Shown: piece after piece, positions 27,886 to 41,700 of the stretch
Numbering within the stretch: position 1 is the first letter of the stretch
How the letters are laid out: each line of letters opens with the position of its first letter
Assembly: GCA_003693705.1 (NCBI GenBank)
Contig: RBZT01000990.1
Location: 1-57,632, forward strand
DNA from: Polymyxa betae A26-41
Lineage: Eukaryota; Protista; Endomyxa: Phytomyxea
Reading direction: 5' to 3'
DNA: 57,632 nucleotides
Made by a program: the position numbers and the translations under genes
Notes under the pieces: generated by a model
What the model was told of the DNA's origin: nothing
What the model saw: the letters and a program-made list of their open reading frames with translations, nothing else
The model's database searches: none

Positions 27886-29445
27886 CTATACGCTCCTCCT
27901 GGGAATGAAACTGAGTGGCCTTTTAGGACTTGCATCAGAATCCGACTTTCTCTTCCCAATAGGGATCATTCTAGTTGTTTCCTCTTGTTGAAAATTACTA
28001 AGGCCTCCAGATGGAGACCTTTTACGAAGCCTTATTGGAATCGTTTCTGGATCTGTTAAGGCGCTGGCATCTCGCTTGGATAATATCGATAGTCCAGAAA
28101 CTGTCACAGTTATTCCTAGAAAGAACATGCCCAACTGGAACGGTGTCATATTCTGATATTCTTCCTGTTTGCATGCTTAGGAATATATCACAATTAGATT
28201 CAACTTTACTGACAAAGAAGATCAGTCCTGGCGCAACCGAACCTAAGCACCAGAATGTTTGAAAGACAGGGACGACATACGACGCCTCAAATAATCGCAA
28301 CCCATCATTTAAAAATTTAATTTGGAAAAAAATAGTAGTCGCCAAACACAAGACCATCAAGTATAAAGGAATGTGCTTAAACAATTCATTGATTGAGACA
28401 ACGGAGCTGTAAAGGAGAACAGCTGTACACCTATCAACTCTCATCACTCAAGAAAAGCATTTCTAAGTTTACAATAAGCATACTTCGCAAAAAGCACATT
28501 TTGACCACCAATAATGCCCGACAAAGCTGGGTACAAAAACCGGTGAATCTTGATTCCACGATTTTGATAATACTCAACGACGGAAGATTGATTCCCAATC
28601 AATTCGGCTTCAGCGTGCGACGAATCTGCATCAAATGTATATTAGTTTCAAACATTTCTGGATTCTTTGAAATACCTTCTTCAAGCAAGGATATCGTTTG
28701 TAAGCTGCCATTGGATTCAAACAGAGCTTGAGCTCTCAACCGATTATAATAGCGTATAGCTGATATCATTAGGGACACTGTAGCCATGGTGCAAACAGCA
28801 AACGCTATGAATGCAGGTTTCAGGTAAAGAGCAAAGAATTCATTGAGCTGATAATGTTTGTCTTCATGCGCTGCAAACCAAACGCTGATGATGGACCCGA
28901 TAATAATAAGACAAAACGATATTATCTCTGTAAAAAAATTAATGCCAAAGACACTGAGTGGTACAAAAGCATACCGAGGCGGTTTATCCTTTCTCCTAAC
29001 AAAAGAGGTGCAAAGAATACATTTGCGATGAGCGTAACGGATCCAAGTGGGGCTACGACAACCTAAAACTGTTAGTGACAATAATATTTTGAGATGTGAT
29101 CAAACCTGAGGAGCAAAGGCCAGGGCAAAGAAGTCGCAGACTGCTCCAAAGGCGATCAAAGTAATACCAGATACCCATAACGGTTGTAAGAAATATCGTT
29201 TCTTTGGGATATCTGCTAAAGCAGATGCAGTCGTGGGCGCGCGAGGCGAATCGATCTCTTCCTTATGCGCTCGAAGATGACATAACTTCTGCAGATTTAT
29301 TCCTGGATATCTTCAATGCACTATTAAGAGTCAAACCAGCAAAAATCGTACCCAGATTCGACACTACAGAAGCCAGGCACGAGAGCATGACACCAATTGC
29401 CCATCGGGGCATGCCCAGGACAATAACGTCTTCAGGTTCTGACAT
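27886..29445 (-). CDS. NIPA-family Mg2+ transporter
   Basis: WAIGVMLSCLASVVSNLG, YFLQPLWVSG, DFFALAFAPQ, QIKFLNDGLRLFEASYVVPVFQTFW; multiple TM helices. Confidence 0.85.
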
Positions 29446-29698
29446 AGTCTTAATTCGACTATCTTGCAACCATGCACCGATCTGGCCGAATATTTAAGGT
29501 CCAAAGGTGGATAGAGATTTGGTGGCCGCGTCAATACTAGTCATATAAGTTTGTTCTCGATTTTTTACATTTACAAGATAGGTGACTAAATAACAACATG
29601 CATTTGATCGAGACATGCAGAGGTGGACAGGTGACACCGATTATATAATTAGGTGCCATGCAAATGTATTGTTATTGATAATGATAAGCAATAAGCGC

Positions 29699-30525
29699 TT
29701 ATTCTCCCATGCGAACAATCTTGCGCTGAGACGACTGGAATTTAGCATTGCCTCTTCCCCGAGGTTTAGATACGTTATTGGACTTTCTCCCGAAATTCTC
29801 CTCTTGCGATTCACCAGAATATTCCTTACTTTGGTCGCCTTCAACAACCTTCATTACTTCACCGTCTAATTTGACGCCATCATACTGCTCAACGAACTTT
29901 CGGGCAGCAATGCGTTTATGGAAATGAACCAAAGCGGCACCAGTGGGACGACCAGAACGATCAAATACAATTTCGGCTTTGTCGTAATCATGGAAATTGC
30001 GAAATAATTCTTCCAAATCGCTTGCCTCGACCTGCCAAGGAATATTGGAAATGGTGACCGTTCCCGTCGTGCTTAGGTTCATTCCAATGGATTTTGAGGC
30101 AAATGATGACAGTGCATTTGACACATTCTTGTTTTGCTTGCGGATATCTGGATACTGCTCTAGATATAGATCATGCTGATAAACAAACCACATGTCAACG
30201 TTGAATCGCAAAACCAGGATTGGTATGATCTTACCTCCCATGCCTTATCAGGGTCCTTTCTTTTGGAATCTGGGACCCTATTGCCACGTCTTCCTTCAAC
30301 ATTTTGTCGAACAGTGACTGTGATTTTTGGACTCTTGGAGTTCGAGCCCGTACGCTTACCGGCACCTTTTCCAGACGACAGACGCCTGACCGGTCCATCC
30401 CCGCGGCGTTTGAAACCAGCCTTAACAGGCTTATTAGATTTGGCAGGCTTACCAGTCTTGCGGCGTTGAGCAGCAATCTCGTCTAGCGACATGTCGAGCC
30501 TCTCAATAACCATGGCGTCCGACAT
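29699..30525 (-). CDS. ALYREF: ALY/REF (THOC4-like) mRNA export adaptor, RRM
   Basis: N-terminal LDMSLDEI (UAP56-binding motif), basic region, W-x-HD motif across an intron, RRM VTISNIPWQV...FDRSGRPTGAALVHF...YDGVKLDG. Confidence 0.85.
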
Positions 30526-30754
30526 GGTCGAAGGTGTCAATCTATCTCAGATAGGGAACACGTCTTCACTCTATGACAATACTGTGGTGAGGGTACAGAA
30601 AGAGCGGAGATAATTGCGGCGCATCCATCACCAGTCGATTTAAGGCTCATCAAAAAAGGGATTGAGAGTCGCATCATTATTTCAGTTTATTTCTGTATCA
30701 ATTTTATAGAGCGATTGTAGAGATGAACTTCGTTTATAAGAATAGGCCAATAAT

Positions 30755-32646
30755 TTAGGAGACGGCTTGAATACCTGAGAATAATCACCATGGTTTGACC
30801 CACATGCAGCCTATAAATTCCCATTCAGTGCCTATTTAATCGACATATAAAATTCTTTCAAGATCACTCACCAGGATCGTCGCTAATAGAATATTCCCAT
30901 GCTTTTGCAAATGGCCTGCAAGTCTCGCCGATGGCCTCAATTGTCAGGTCAGAATTATTCAACCTAGAAGCAATCTGAAGGCAGACGAAAGCGTCTAACG
31001 AAGCATAATGCTTTTGATCATCAGAAAGAGGTCGACGAGCCCAGTTAGACATCTGAAATTCACAGTGTTAATGTACTGGCAAATTTAAAACAGTTTGAAG
31101 TTACTTGTTGAGATTTTTGCAAATGCTTGCCCGTACAGAACATTGTCAGACGTGCCAGTGACTTAATTGATGCTCCTGGATATTTGTGGATGAACATGTC
31201 ATTAAGATCAACTATAGAAGTAGCCCACCCAAGGTTTAAATCTGGGTAAGCGCTAATTCATTCTTAGTGATTACACAATAAGAGGTAAAGCGGCAGACCT
31301 GTGTAAATGAACGAGATCATCTCGTAACCCCAACCCAACTTTAACGACCGATGGAGATCGAAGAATCTTAGAAACAGTTGGGGCACAGATTCGTAACGCT
31401 TTTAGTAAATCAAAAATAAACACTTGAGACAATGTTGCAATTTGTATAATTGAAACCGGATTCTTTCTGCCACCTATCAGACAGTATCAAGTAAGACTGA
31501 TGTAAAGCACGTCTACATCTTCAAACCTTTCTTAAATTGAGGTTGTGTTTCAGTATCTACCCCAACGATAGGTGAACAGAGCAGGATATTTTCAGCAGCT
31601 AAAGCTGTATCTTGATTATCGACTATGACAATTTTGACATCAGCAGGCATGAGTAAGGGCTTTGATTGCAGAGACAGCTCCTCTTTGCAATCATCAAGCA
31701 CTGTGTAGATAAACCTCATTGAATGTTAATTGTTAATTAGGACTCATGATACTTACGAGGCATTTTAGATTCAGAAGCAAGCAATCGTGCAAATCCGATT
31801 TCATTCATTGATATAAGAGCCTTGAGCAACTTTGATCTCGTTGAGCAAGCGTGATCAGCCGGCAAAGATTTTCCAAACGTAAGAACAGAATCCAATCTGA
31901 ATCCATCAGAACGGCAATCCTCACTGAAAAAATGTTCAGTCCAAATCCTCAGTGACTTCTTTTCTGCAAATTGAAAGTCAGTCTTTCTTCATAGAATGTG
32001 AAAGGCTTACTTGGGCTCGAGTTTCTCAGGTGTTTGCATAGAAACTGTAAAGCGTGTTGTCGCTGTTTTAGACGAAACTCGGGCGACAGCACAGCCCATT
32101 TTAAAATATTATCTGGATCCCTAACTAATTTTGACGATATCTCCGAATCCGATTTGTCCTTGCCGGATAACATGATTTCTGGAACCTTGAGTGCGATCTA
32201 CCCGAATTTAGAAAGCCAAACCATAAGAAACATATGTGCATACATTGTGCTTTTTGTCAAGAGGACAAGTTATGGATTGTAACAGGGACAATATTGGACC
32301 TTGGTATTGACTGGAGGCTTTGATCAATTCAATGGCACTCTGAAACAGAAATGAGATGATTTATGACAATATATTCTACATAAATGACAAGTTTAGGGTC
32401 TTGAGATTCGCAAATTTGATTTAAGGAAGTAATGGTTTTGGTGAGGTCAGAGCAGGAATTTGTAACCGATTCTGCTGATGGTGCAGTTTTGGTTCTTCGC
32501 TGAGAAGCAGCATGATTACATCGTTTCGGCAAGACAAGGACTTTTACCTTTAATGAAATCGGATTTTTCCCGTTTCCAGAGCTTTTTAGATGCTTTTGTT
32601 CAAATTTGATATCTTTTAAGGGCGGTTTCACTTTAGCTCGAGCCAT
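30755..32646 (-). CDS. DnaQ-like 3'-5' exonuclease (WRN-exo/Mut-7/EXD type); ends approximate, may start near 32998
   Basis: VGVDTETQPQF (Exo I), VSIIQIAT, KVGLGLRDD (Exo II), MSNWARRPLSDDQKHYASLDA (Exo III). Confidence 0.85.
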
Positions 32647-33480
32647 AAAAATAGCAGAAATAGATTGAAAAGCCAACAGTATTGCAAATGTACAAAGAGT
32701 AGCTACTAAGATTTGCCAAAGTAGAATTGGATTCTGACTTCCTAGATGATGCTACAATGTGAATTTCAAAGCAGAACCCTTGTCGGAATCAAATGCGCAG
32801 TTTTTTGTAACTGGAAAGATATCGGTTTTCATGTAAAAATAGAGAGTATTCTTTGTAAAAACGATTTCTGGTACGTACAGTACCATCCGTAAACGTTTTA
32901 AGATGGAACGTCAATAGGCGAGAGAACAGATCCAAGTTATTGTGATAAGCACTACGGAACCAACGAAGAGAATCAGCAGACAGCAAGCATATCATTCATC
33001 CTCGATTGTTGGAAATGAAGAACCGCTAGTTCCAGAAAAGTTTCGAAATAAAGAAAATCGCGCACCTTAGTCTGGATATACAGCTACATGAGGAAAGGTA
33101 TCAAACGAGAGCTGCGAGACGGCAACCCGGCAAGAGAGCCAATACAGTACCCGCAAGATCTGTGGCCAAAGCCGTCACCATGCAATGGACCGGGGCCTCT
33201 TGCGACCGGGAAACGGGTCGGGTCGGCTTCCGAAACAACTGCATACGCGGCCTCCGCCCCCAGTAACCGACTGTCACGCCGGCCATTTCCAAGGCGTTAC
33301 GTGGTAAGACGTAACCGGATCCCCGAACGTGTGGTTGGCTTTGTCCCGGCCTCTGTGAAGTCGGACTTTAGGGGTGTCCCTCTACCATTGCCGGCTTTCA
33401 TTCTATTACATAATACACATTTCTACATCACATTCACAAATATCAAAGTCGCCAACCAGGCCTGCCAACACGGTTCCATT

Positions 33481-35411
33481 ATGACTGCAGAATGTTCTGG
33501 CGCCGGAGGCCTGTCGCTCATGGCTGATTTGATCTCCAGTGCTGGAGGTCCAGCCGTCGCCATTGCTGCCGTCCAAGCCCATATTGCTGATTCTGGAGGC
33601 GATGCTGTCCCAGATGCAACTGAGTTGGACGGCAGTCGTCGTGTTGCCATCGCTTGCAATGAATGCGTTCGTGCTAAGATGCGTTGCAGCAATGAGGTGA
33701 AATTTACGATCTCCGATAAACTTTCCTTTCTCAATGTCTTTAGCGGCCTTGTGAACGATGCGTTCGTCGTGCCTGTGAACATTTATGTGTGGATCGTCCA
33801 TCTCGTGTTGCTATGATAGCACCGACTCCCGCTGTTGTCATTCAAACTGCCGTTCGACGGAAGCGATCGCGTCCCATTCCTTATAAGCCCTGCAATTTAT
33901 GTTCGAAAGTGAACGCGCTCTGTGATCTTCAGGTATTGCTTCTTCCTTTTTGCGCCCGTCGTTGATTGATTAAAACCAGCGACCATGCGGACGTTGTGTT
34001 AAGCTAAATGAAAGGATTGCATGTACGGACGTAACTAGCAACGATGTTGGCTCGGAAACCGAGTCCGATGATGGTGAAATTCTGCAGGAAGTAATGGGTG
34101 GCCGACCTTCATTTTCTATTACTTCGACAAATACAATTATCTCACCCATACCGACTTTACCTGCAGTGGATCCTTGTAAGCCTCTCATTAGACCATATTC
34201 ATATTCTCAGCATTACATAGACACTAAAACTCGAGCGTTATTCACACCTACATTGGCATCTCCTCGCAGCAGTCCACCTCCCAGATCAATGTCTTCCCCT
34301 GCGCCTCAGTCTTTCGTTCCCTTTAATGACAGACCTTTATTAAATTCTGGTTTGTACCGTATACATCCTATTCTACTGTAAACTGATTGTTTCCAGGTCA
34401 GAGTCGAAATAATCGGTTGCTCAGAGGCAAACCTCCTTTCATGGTTCGGTCTCCTTTGCAGTTCCCCTTAAAGTATAGTCTATATTTTCTGTAGTTAACT
34501 CTAACTGAAAGTGGATAGGCTGGCCTTGCAATGGCGATTCGCTTATAAGCAATATCCTGCAGCTGTATTGGGACCTCTTCTACTGAGCCCAACTCGCATG
34601 CAGCATTTCATGTCCAACTCTTTAGATGTTATCACCCGAGAAGAATGTATCGCAATGAGGATCGAAATGATCATCGCAGCCTGCGAGGTCCGTAGTTGCT
34701 GTATATCTTCTGTACTGGCCAGTTGTTTCTAAACGGATGTGATATAGAGCGAATCCAGTTTATCATCGCAACTGATCCCATTATGTACGGTTCCATACAA
34801 CCCGATTCCTTTCAAAACGCAATGTATTGCCCTTGTGCTGGATTCCAGTATTGCTACACATGAACCAGTTCTTACAATTGGTGACGATGATCTCTTGCGA
34901 ATTGGTCAGAATAAGTCTGATTGACACTCTCATTGATTAAATCTTGTTGCATTTAGCGTTCTGGGAATCTCCTTGTCCTGTCTTACGTTTAGGCATGTCT
35001 TATGAGCACTCTGAAAAGACGGAGATCTCACTGTCATTAAACACGGAAGCGCAACGAATCTTAGGATTCTCATCTCATGCCGAACTGGACCAGTTACATC
35101 AGGATTTCGCAAAAGCCACGAGTGTACGATCAGAGATTTCATTGATCTTTTGGGTCACAACTAAGCTGTTTTGTTCACAGTGCCCGATGTCCATTCCCTT
35201 ATTGTGGCGATTCTTCTCGCAACGTTCATTACATGCCCTGGGCATGGCTCAGCACGAACGAGACTTTCGCAACCTGACACAATTTCGTGTTGATCTGGAA
35301 TTGATTGCCAACAATGGCCTGCATATTCCTTGTCGAACATACTGGAAGTATCGAATGTTACCTAATGGGCATGTCAACGATATTCTAATCGCCATCAAGC
35401 GAATCTTGTAG
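33481..35411 (+). CDS. Transcription factor with two Zn(II)2Cys6 clusters and a possible C-terminal PAS-like domain (ERT1/AcuK-like)
   Basis: Spliced clusters ACNECVRAKMRCSNERPCERCVRRACEHLC and PCNLCSKVNALCDLQRPCGRCVKLNERIAC; the C-terminus FRVDLELIANNGLHIPCRTYW resembles a PAS beta-sheet. Confidence 0.8.
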
Positions 35412-35764
35412 ACTAATATCTGATATGAATTATTCGGATCTGATAGTGAGCGATGGATCTGTTGAATTTCATCAAGAATGTACCATAGTATCAGGTACTC
35501 AACCTGTAAGCCCAAGTTGCTGATGTAAATGCAATTTGACACAGCAACAATGGTTTGTATAAGCCTGACCTCTGGGTAATCTTATAATGGGAAGATGACA
35601 CTATAAACACGTCATTCTGAAGACATAATCATCTACCAAGAATGCATTGATTAAATGATAAACCCATGCTGGGTGACATTAACTGATTAATAAATTGTTC
35701 AATTAGCAAACCCAAATCGTGTTTTCTGTCAACTTCATTTGCTACATTGATGGAATGGAACCTG

Positions 35765-38700
35765 TCTAGATAGTTTGTTCAATATAATCAGCTGACGGTG
35801 CTGTTGTTTTCAGAACTAAGAAGATCGCATCCTTAGATTGCAGAAGTGATTATGATGAACAAATTCAAATACAGTTGTAAAATATGACAGAAATACAATG
35901 GATGATGGTACTAACAGACATTTGGTTTGTATAAATCATCATTACTTGTTCTTTGTGCATTCACAAGTCTGTTTTGCATGAAAATATGTTTAGCTGCTGA
36001 AGTCCATATCTGGTCATAATCATGTATCTACTAATCATCTTCTGTGAATAGATCGGATTGTCGATCAATAGTATGATCAGACATATCATTGATCATCGAT
36101 CCAATCAATTGAATCTCATTTCGTAATCGATACGTCTTTAATCGAGTTGCCTTCGCCATATTGTTAATTATAATAAAGTGAATTACAGGAAATATATCGA
36201 ACCTGTAATTTCATGACACTCTGCCTTGTTATTTCATGATAATCTGTAATACCATCTATCTAATACAACATATGTTATTCAGGTAATATGATTGCCAAGA
36301 TATGAAATCCAGTAACCTTATCTCCAGAGAACGCGTTTGATTTAGTTGATCCTAAAACAATAACAGCCACAACCCTTTCATGTTGACTGTAATATGCAGC
36401 TTGTACAAGCATTGAGCTGGTCTGTCCATATGATTTCACATCTGCAAGATATTCATCAAATGTTGAATTAAACCTAATGTCATCCATCGTCTTAGCAGTG
36501 CCATAATATCGAATTCGTTGCTCAACATGAAACAATCACTGCAGAATATCTCCAGAATATGTTCAAAACATAATTGTGATTAGGTAATGAAGTGAGAATA
36601 TTCAAAAGCTAAAATATGCCAGACCGATTATCTGAAGCAGCATCATTAATAACATATGATTGAATATTATTAGCAGATCTAGCCGCAAGACTTGGTGATT
36701 TCATTAACGATATTCGAGGAGTATCTAATACATTACATGAATGGCTGATTAATCAATAACAAGGTATTAGTTAGTAGCAATGTGTAACATAAAGTGAAAC
36801 GTAACGTTAGGATGTAACATGAAATGAGTGTTGATACCTGGATCAGTTCCATCATGTCTATCTATACAATATGTTCCTGGTATACGTATAGAGATATGTT
36901 TGTTCATATATTGACTAGATAGAAGCAGCTCATTATAATCGCGATCAACCCCGAATATAATACAATAATCAGCTGATATATATGTAGCTATCTTAGCTGA
37001 TAAACTAGTTAATACATGATCAACATCAGTAAATGACATTAATGATTCGGCTGTAGCGAATAGACCCGTCAACTTGTTTCTATCGTTTAATGTACGTTCA
37101 AGTAGGTGATCATTACATAAACGTAATGAGCAATATGATGCAACAAGTTCCATAATTGATTGTTCTGATGCAGAGAAGCATGTCTCTGTACACTGATATA
37201 TAACAGTACATGTCATCATTATCTTATAATAAATATTACTATAATAACACACCTTATCTGAACATTGAAATACACCAATGGTCCTCTGTTTATATGGATC
37301 TTTGATTGGTGTGCACATTAAAGCTCGAGTTGTACCATCAACTCCTGATCATATTCATTTAAATAAATCTCGGTGAAGGAATCAGTCACTCTAACCTTGA
37401 TCATAACGAGCATCTTTACTTGCATTTATAATACGAACTGATTCTATACCTGATATAGATTGACCAGTAATACCTTTACCAGCACTAATCTATATTCAAT
37501 TGTTAAATAGACGAATCATTAATGAAATCAACCATTTTAAACATGCTCTCAGGTTCGTGTTGTCATACGAAAAGTTCTAAAATGAAAGCAGAAATGTGTA
37601 TGATTACACGTAGGACAGCATCATTACGAAGGAAGTTGGAGGCAACCGAGTTCATATTGCCTGTTAATTCATCGATTAAGAAAACAGCCACCTTATTACA
37701 TGATAAAGTTCGGGGTAAAACTCGACATAAATTCTTAAGAATATCTCGACTATCAGGAATTGCAGATATTCCAATTAATGCTTGCATTAAATCAGTAGGT
37801 AAACATCGAAATGATGTTCCTGCTTCTGGTCTATTTATTGCAGATTTTCTATAACAATATCACAATCATTATTATATTAATCATACTCTATTAATACCTG
37901 GGCAATTGCTTTCGTGGACCTGAATGCCATTGTGCTCCAGATTTCGATGACGATTTCAAGCAATCAGTGACTGTTTGCAGGCGACGTTCCAGCAAACGAA
38001 TCTGAATCTGCATTGAAATAGATCTGAACAATGATAATGTCATGATTAACCTGATCCAGACGTTTCTGTTTATTAGATGTAGTTGGAATTATATTTGTAC
38101 CAACATCATCTAATGGCATTTCAGGTAATTTCCCACCAAGTGATACAACCTGTATCTCTAAATTATGACAATGTAGAGATATACGACCTAATTGCTCTCT
38201 CTGCACATCGATCACCTTCTTCAATGCGTTTATCTCTACATCTTATCAATATAATTCAATATTCACAATAATAACTCTCTCACTACGTGTATTTCCATCG
38301 TCAAAAGCACGTTGTGATTGCTGCTCAAGTTCAGCATCACTAGGAGGAATCCCGATGAAGTTCAATGCAAAGCTTTCGGGCATTACAGATCGCTGAACGA
38401 GTACCTTGAAATGAATGATCGTTAAACTGAGCTCGTCATTGCAGATAGACGCCTCTTCCATCTTCAAGAAATGAAACAGTTTTGGCATTGATAGTTTATT
38501 TGTATCTAATTGATTATCTTGCAAGATGTGAAGGTACGATACCAACCTGTAACTTGAAGAATGATGCTATTAAAGGATGAACTAATGCAAAATGACAGAA
38601 TTCATCAATATCTAAAGATGTTACAATGTTATCATTAACGTCGAATACAGATTCAATAAACTGTCTGGCAGCAGCTTCAGCTCCTTCCCATCCTTACATA

Positions 38701-41700
38701 CATTTCAGTATTGAATATAATTATAATAAAGTCCCATAAGCTAACATACCATTATATGTTGCTTCTAGCATAACAAGCATATCATAGAGTTCAATACGAG
38801 ATACCATCTCATCTTCATCTTTATCGGCGAAAGCGAAAGCGAACTGCATGCGCATCTCATTTGTACCTTTAAGAAGTATATGGGCTACTACTAAGAACTC
38901 TTCGAAATCAATATGTGCTGTTCGATTAGTATCAGCTACAGAGAATAGTCGATCAATTAAACCAGATACGAGTCCATGATCACGCCATAAATCACTCGTT
39001 CTGAATACAAACTGTTAACATTGTGGTCGTATAATATCGTGTGTTCACTCATTTACTTGTCGAAGACGACTTGTTTCAGAGCGTGCTGTAACCAGGTAGA
39101 GTTTGGAATTGAAGCATGAAGCAGGATGTGCCATGGTGATGGGGACAGAAAAGCCTTCCAGAGGTGAGCCAGTTCCGGCTCTGAGAAATCATAATGATGT
39201 TCCTCATTCAGTAAGGTCGATGGCCTTCATTATAACGTCAGCATACATTTACTTGGTACAAAACAATAACGAATTGTTACAACTTTTGTCAACAAGATTC
39301 CCGAATAAATAGAAATTAACGAATCTAACCTGATCTCCATACAGTTAGCTGCGACCGTGTTTTCATGAACTTCACGTAAGACAGCAATTCTACCAGTTAA
39401 AGTACCAATAGCAATATTAGATAACATAGTCTGTACAGGAGGTATATCATGTGGTAAACCACGAAGGAAATACACGAGCAGTTCGCTCTCAGATTTCAGT
39501 TCCAAGATTTGTGATGAACAGCGCTTGAATATCTCCAATGCGAACAGGAATATCATCTCATCACCAAATAGAAGAATAGCATCCCAGACCATCATTGTAT
39601 CAGAGAACGGAACTGGAGCTTCCATAAATAGACACAGGAACCAGGATCTGAATACCTCATCAAAACCCTAAAACCCTAACTCCAAACGAAACATACACTG
39701 TAAATGTGTCGATGTTGACTCCATGAGCCAGTAAATGATCATAGAGGATCGGTTGTGTGAATGATAATAGATCTCTTAGAACGAGCTGGTCACGAAGTAA
39801 TGCACACATAGATTTACAATAATAGCCAACTCGGGTCTCTATCATGCATGATAGAACCCAGAAAGCATCTTCTTCAGGAAGAATTGTTAGCAGGGCACCA
39901 CATAGATTATTCATTGATTGACAATAACCAACCTAAATATACATCAATTTCAATCATTCATTGAGAAAACCCAAAATCTGTATAACAATATAGCAACAGA
40001 ACAACAGGAGCCGTCTTCTTTTTTCGAAAAAAGAACTGCAAACATAACAAGCGAGAGTACGTAACAATTTCGGTGTGAAAATGGCCAAAATTAAGACAGA
40101 TGATGAAGGATACTGACTGTTTCACTATTACGAAGGCAGTATGCAGATAGAACAAGTTCTAGCTTACATATACCAGATTCAGTTTTAAATAAATCTGTAA
40201 ATGGCAATGTACGTCTAACATCCTTTCGTATTTCAACTTCAGATGGACTACCATGTTTCTGTACAATCTTCACCAATGATTCATAATAAGCTGAATCATA
40301 ACATTTGCGAATCTCTTCAGATCCGGATAATGTCTTCCAGACCTGAGCACGTAATACATCTGGTATACCACTCTGTAATACCAGCTGTTGTATACGTGGA
40401 TATGTACGTAATCGATCTGCACTAGAGCCACATTCATCCAGAATACTACTCCATATACGGGTTACAGGCTCTATACTGCTTGGAGATAATAAACTAGAGC
40501 TACGACCTGCACTAGATGGGGGTGTACATGAATCAGATCTGAAATACGTTAATGATAGATGTAGCATACACAGTCATGTGACATACAATGATGCTAGTGA
40601 GGCAGTACGGTCTGCAGTAATATCACCCAAATCGCTGGATGTTTGACGTCGTGGGTTGAACATCGCTGATGAACTGCGACGATTGCGTTGTTGAACTTTG
40701 ATTGAAGCAGCCAATGAGGCAGGATTTACGATTTGAGTAGCACGTCGTACACTCTCTTGCGCTGAGCTTGGTGAATGTACAATCTGCAGAAACCTGCTCA
40801 ACATATTCAGTGACGGTAGATTGAACATGAGGTGCAGTACGTCTTCTTTGGTATGCTGCGTATATTACGAACTGGTGTGAGTGGTATTGATGTAGTAGAT
40901 TGTGGTGGTGGTTCTAATGTAGGTGTATCTAATACAATCTGTAATGATTGACATGCATCAATAAGATCATTAATTGATGTATCATCGCCACTCTGAAATT
41001 GAGTTGCAGCTCCGCTCTGAATACCAAATCATTATTTCACAGAACAACTTGACAGCTGTCATAACCTGTAACGCTCTGGTAACTTTAAGCAGGAGAGCAG
41101 GTTGTAGAGAAGCTCGAATGTTGCCGCGGCGATCATTACCGGCCATCTTTGAGAGAAGAACAATAAAGGCGGCAGCACTGGCTACAGTTAAGGTTCCATC
41201 CTGATTGGTGGCAGTCTGTAAAAGTCTACAGATAGACTCTGCTAGATCTACACCAAGATGAACTAATGTTGTAGGTGTACCAGCTATACAAGACAGTAAA
41301 GCCGCGAATGCAGCAGACCTGAAAACTGTCAATTTAGAATTTGAATCGAGTATGTCATCTGATACGTTTCGGGATCAGGCTTTGGTTTTCTATCAGTAAA
41401 GATCACGAAGGCCCTCGTGATAGCCGGCATTGAATGTCGAGCAATATTGCTACATATAGATCTATGCATAGAGGATAATTGAGCCAGAACACGTAAGATA
41501 CCACCTGATCACATTCACATTAAAATCCAACAATCCACCATAGTTTCATGACATACTAATTGCAGTCCAGATCTCGGCACTACCGTCCTCTATTTCCAAT
41601 AAACCCACAAGAGCACCGAATAATCTTAAAAGACGTTCCACAACGTCATCATGTTCGATATCGGCGTATTCCATTCTTGTCGTGAAACGTCCTGAAACAC

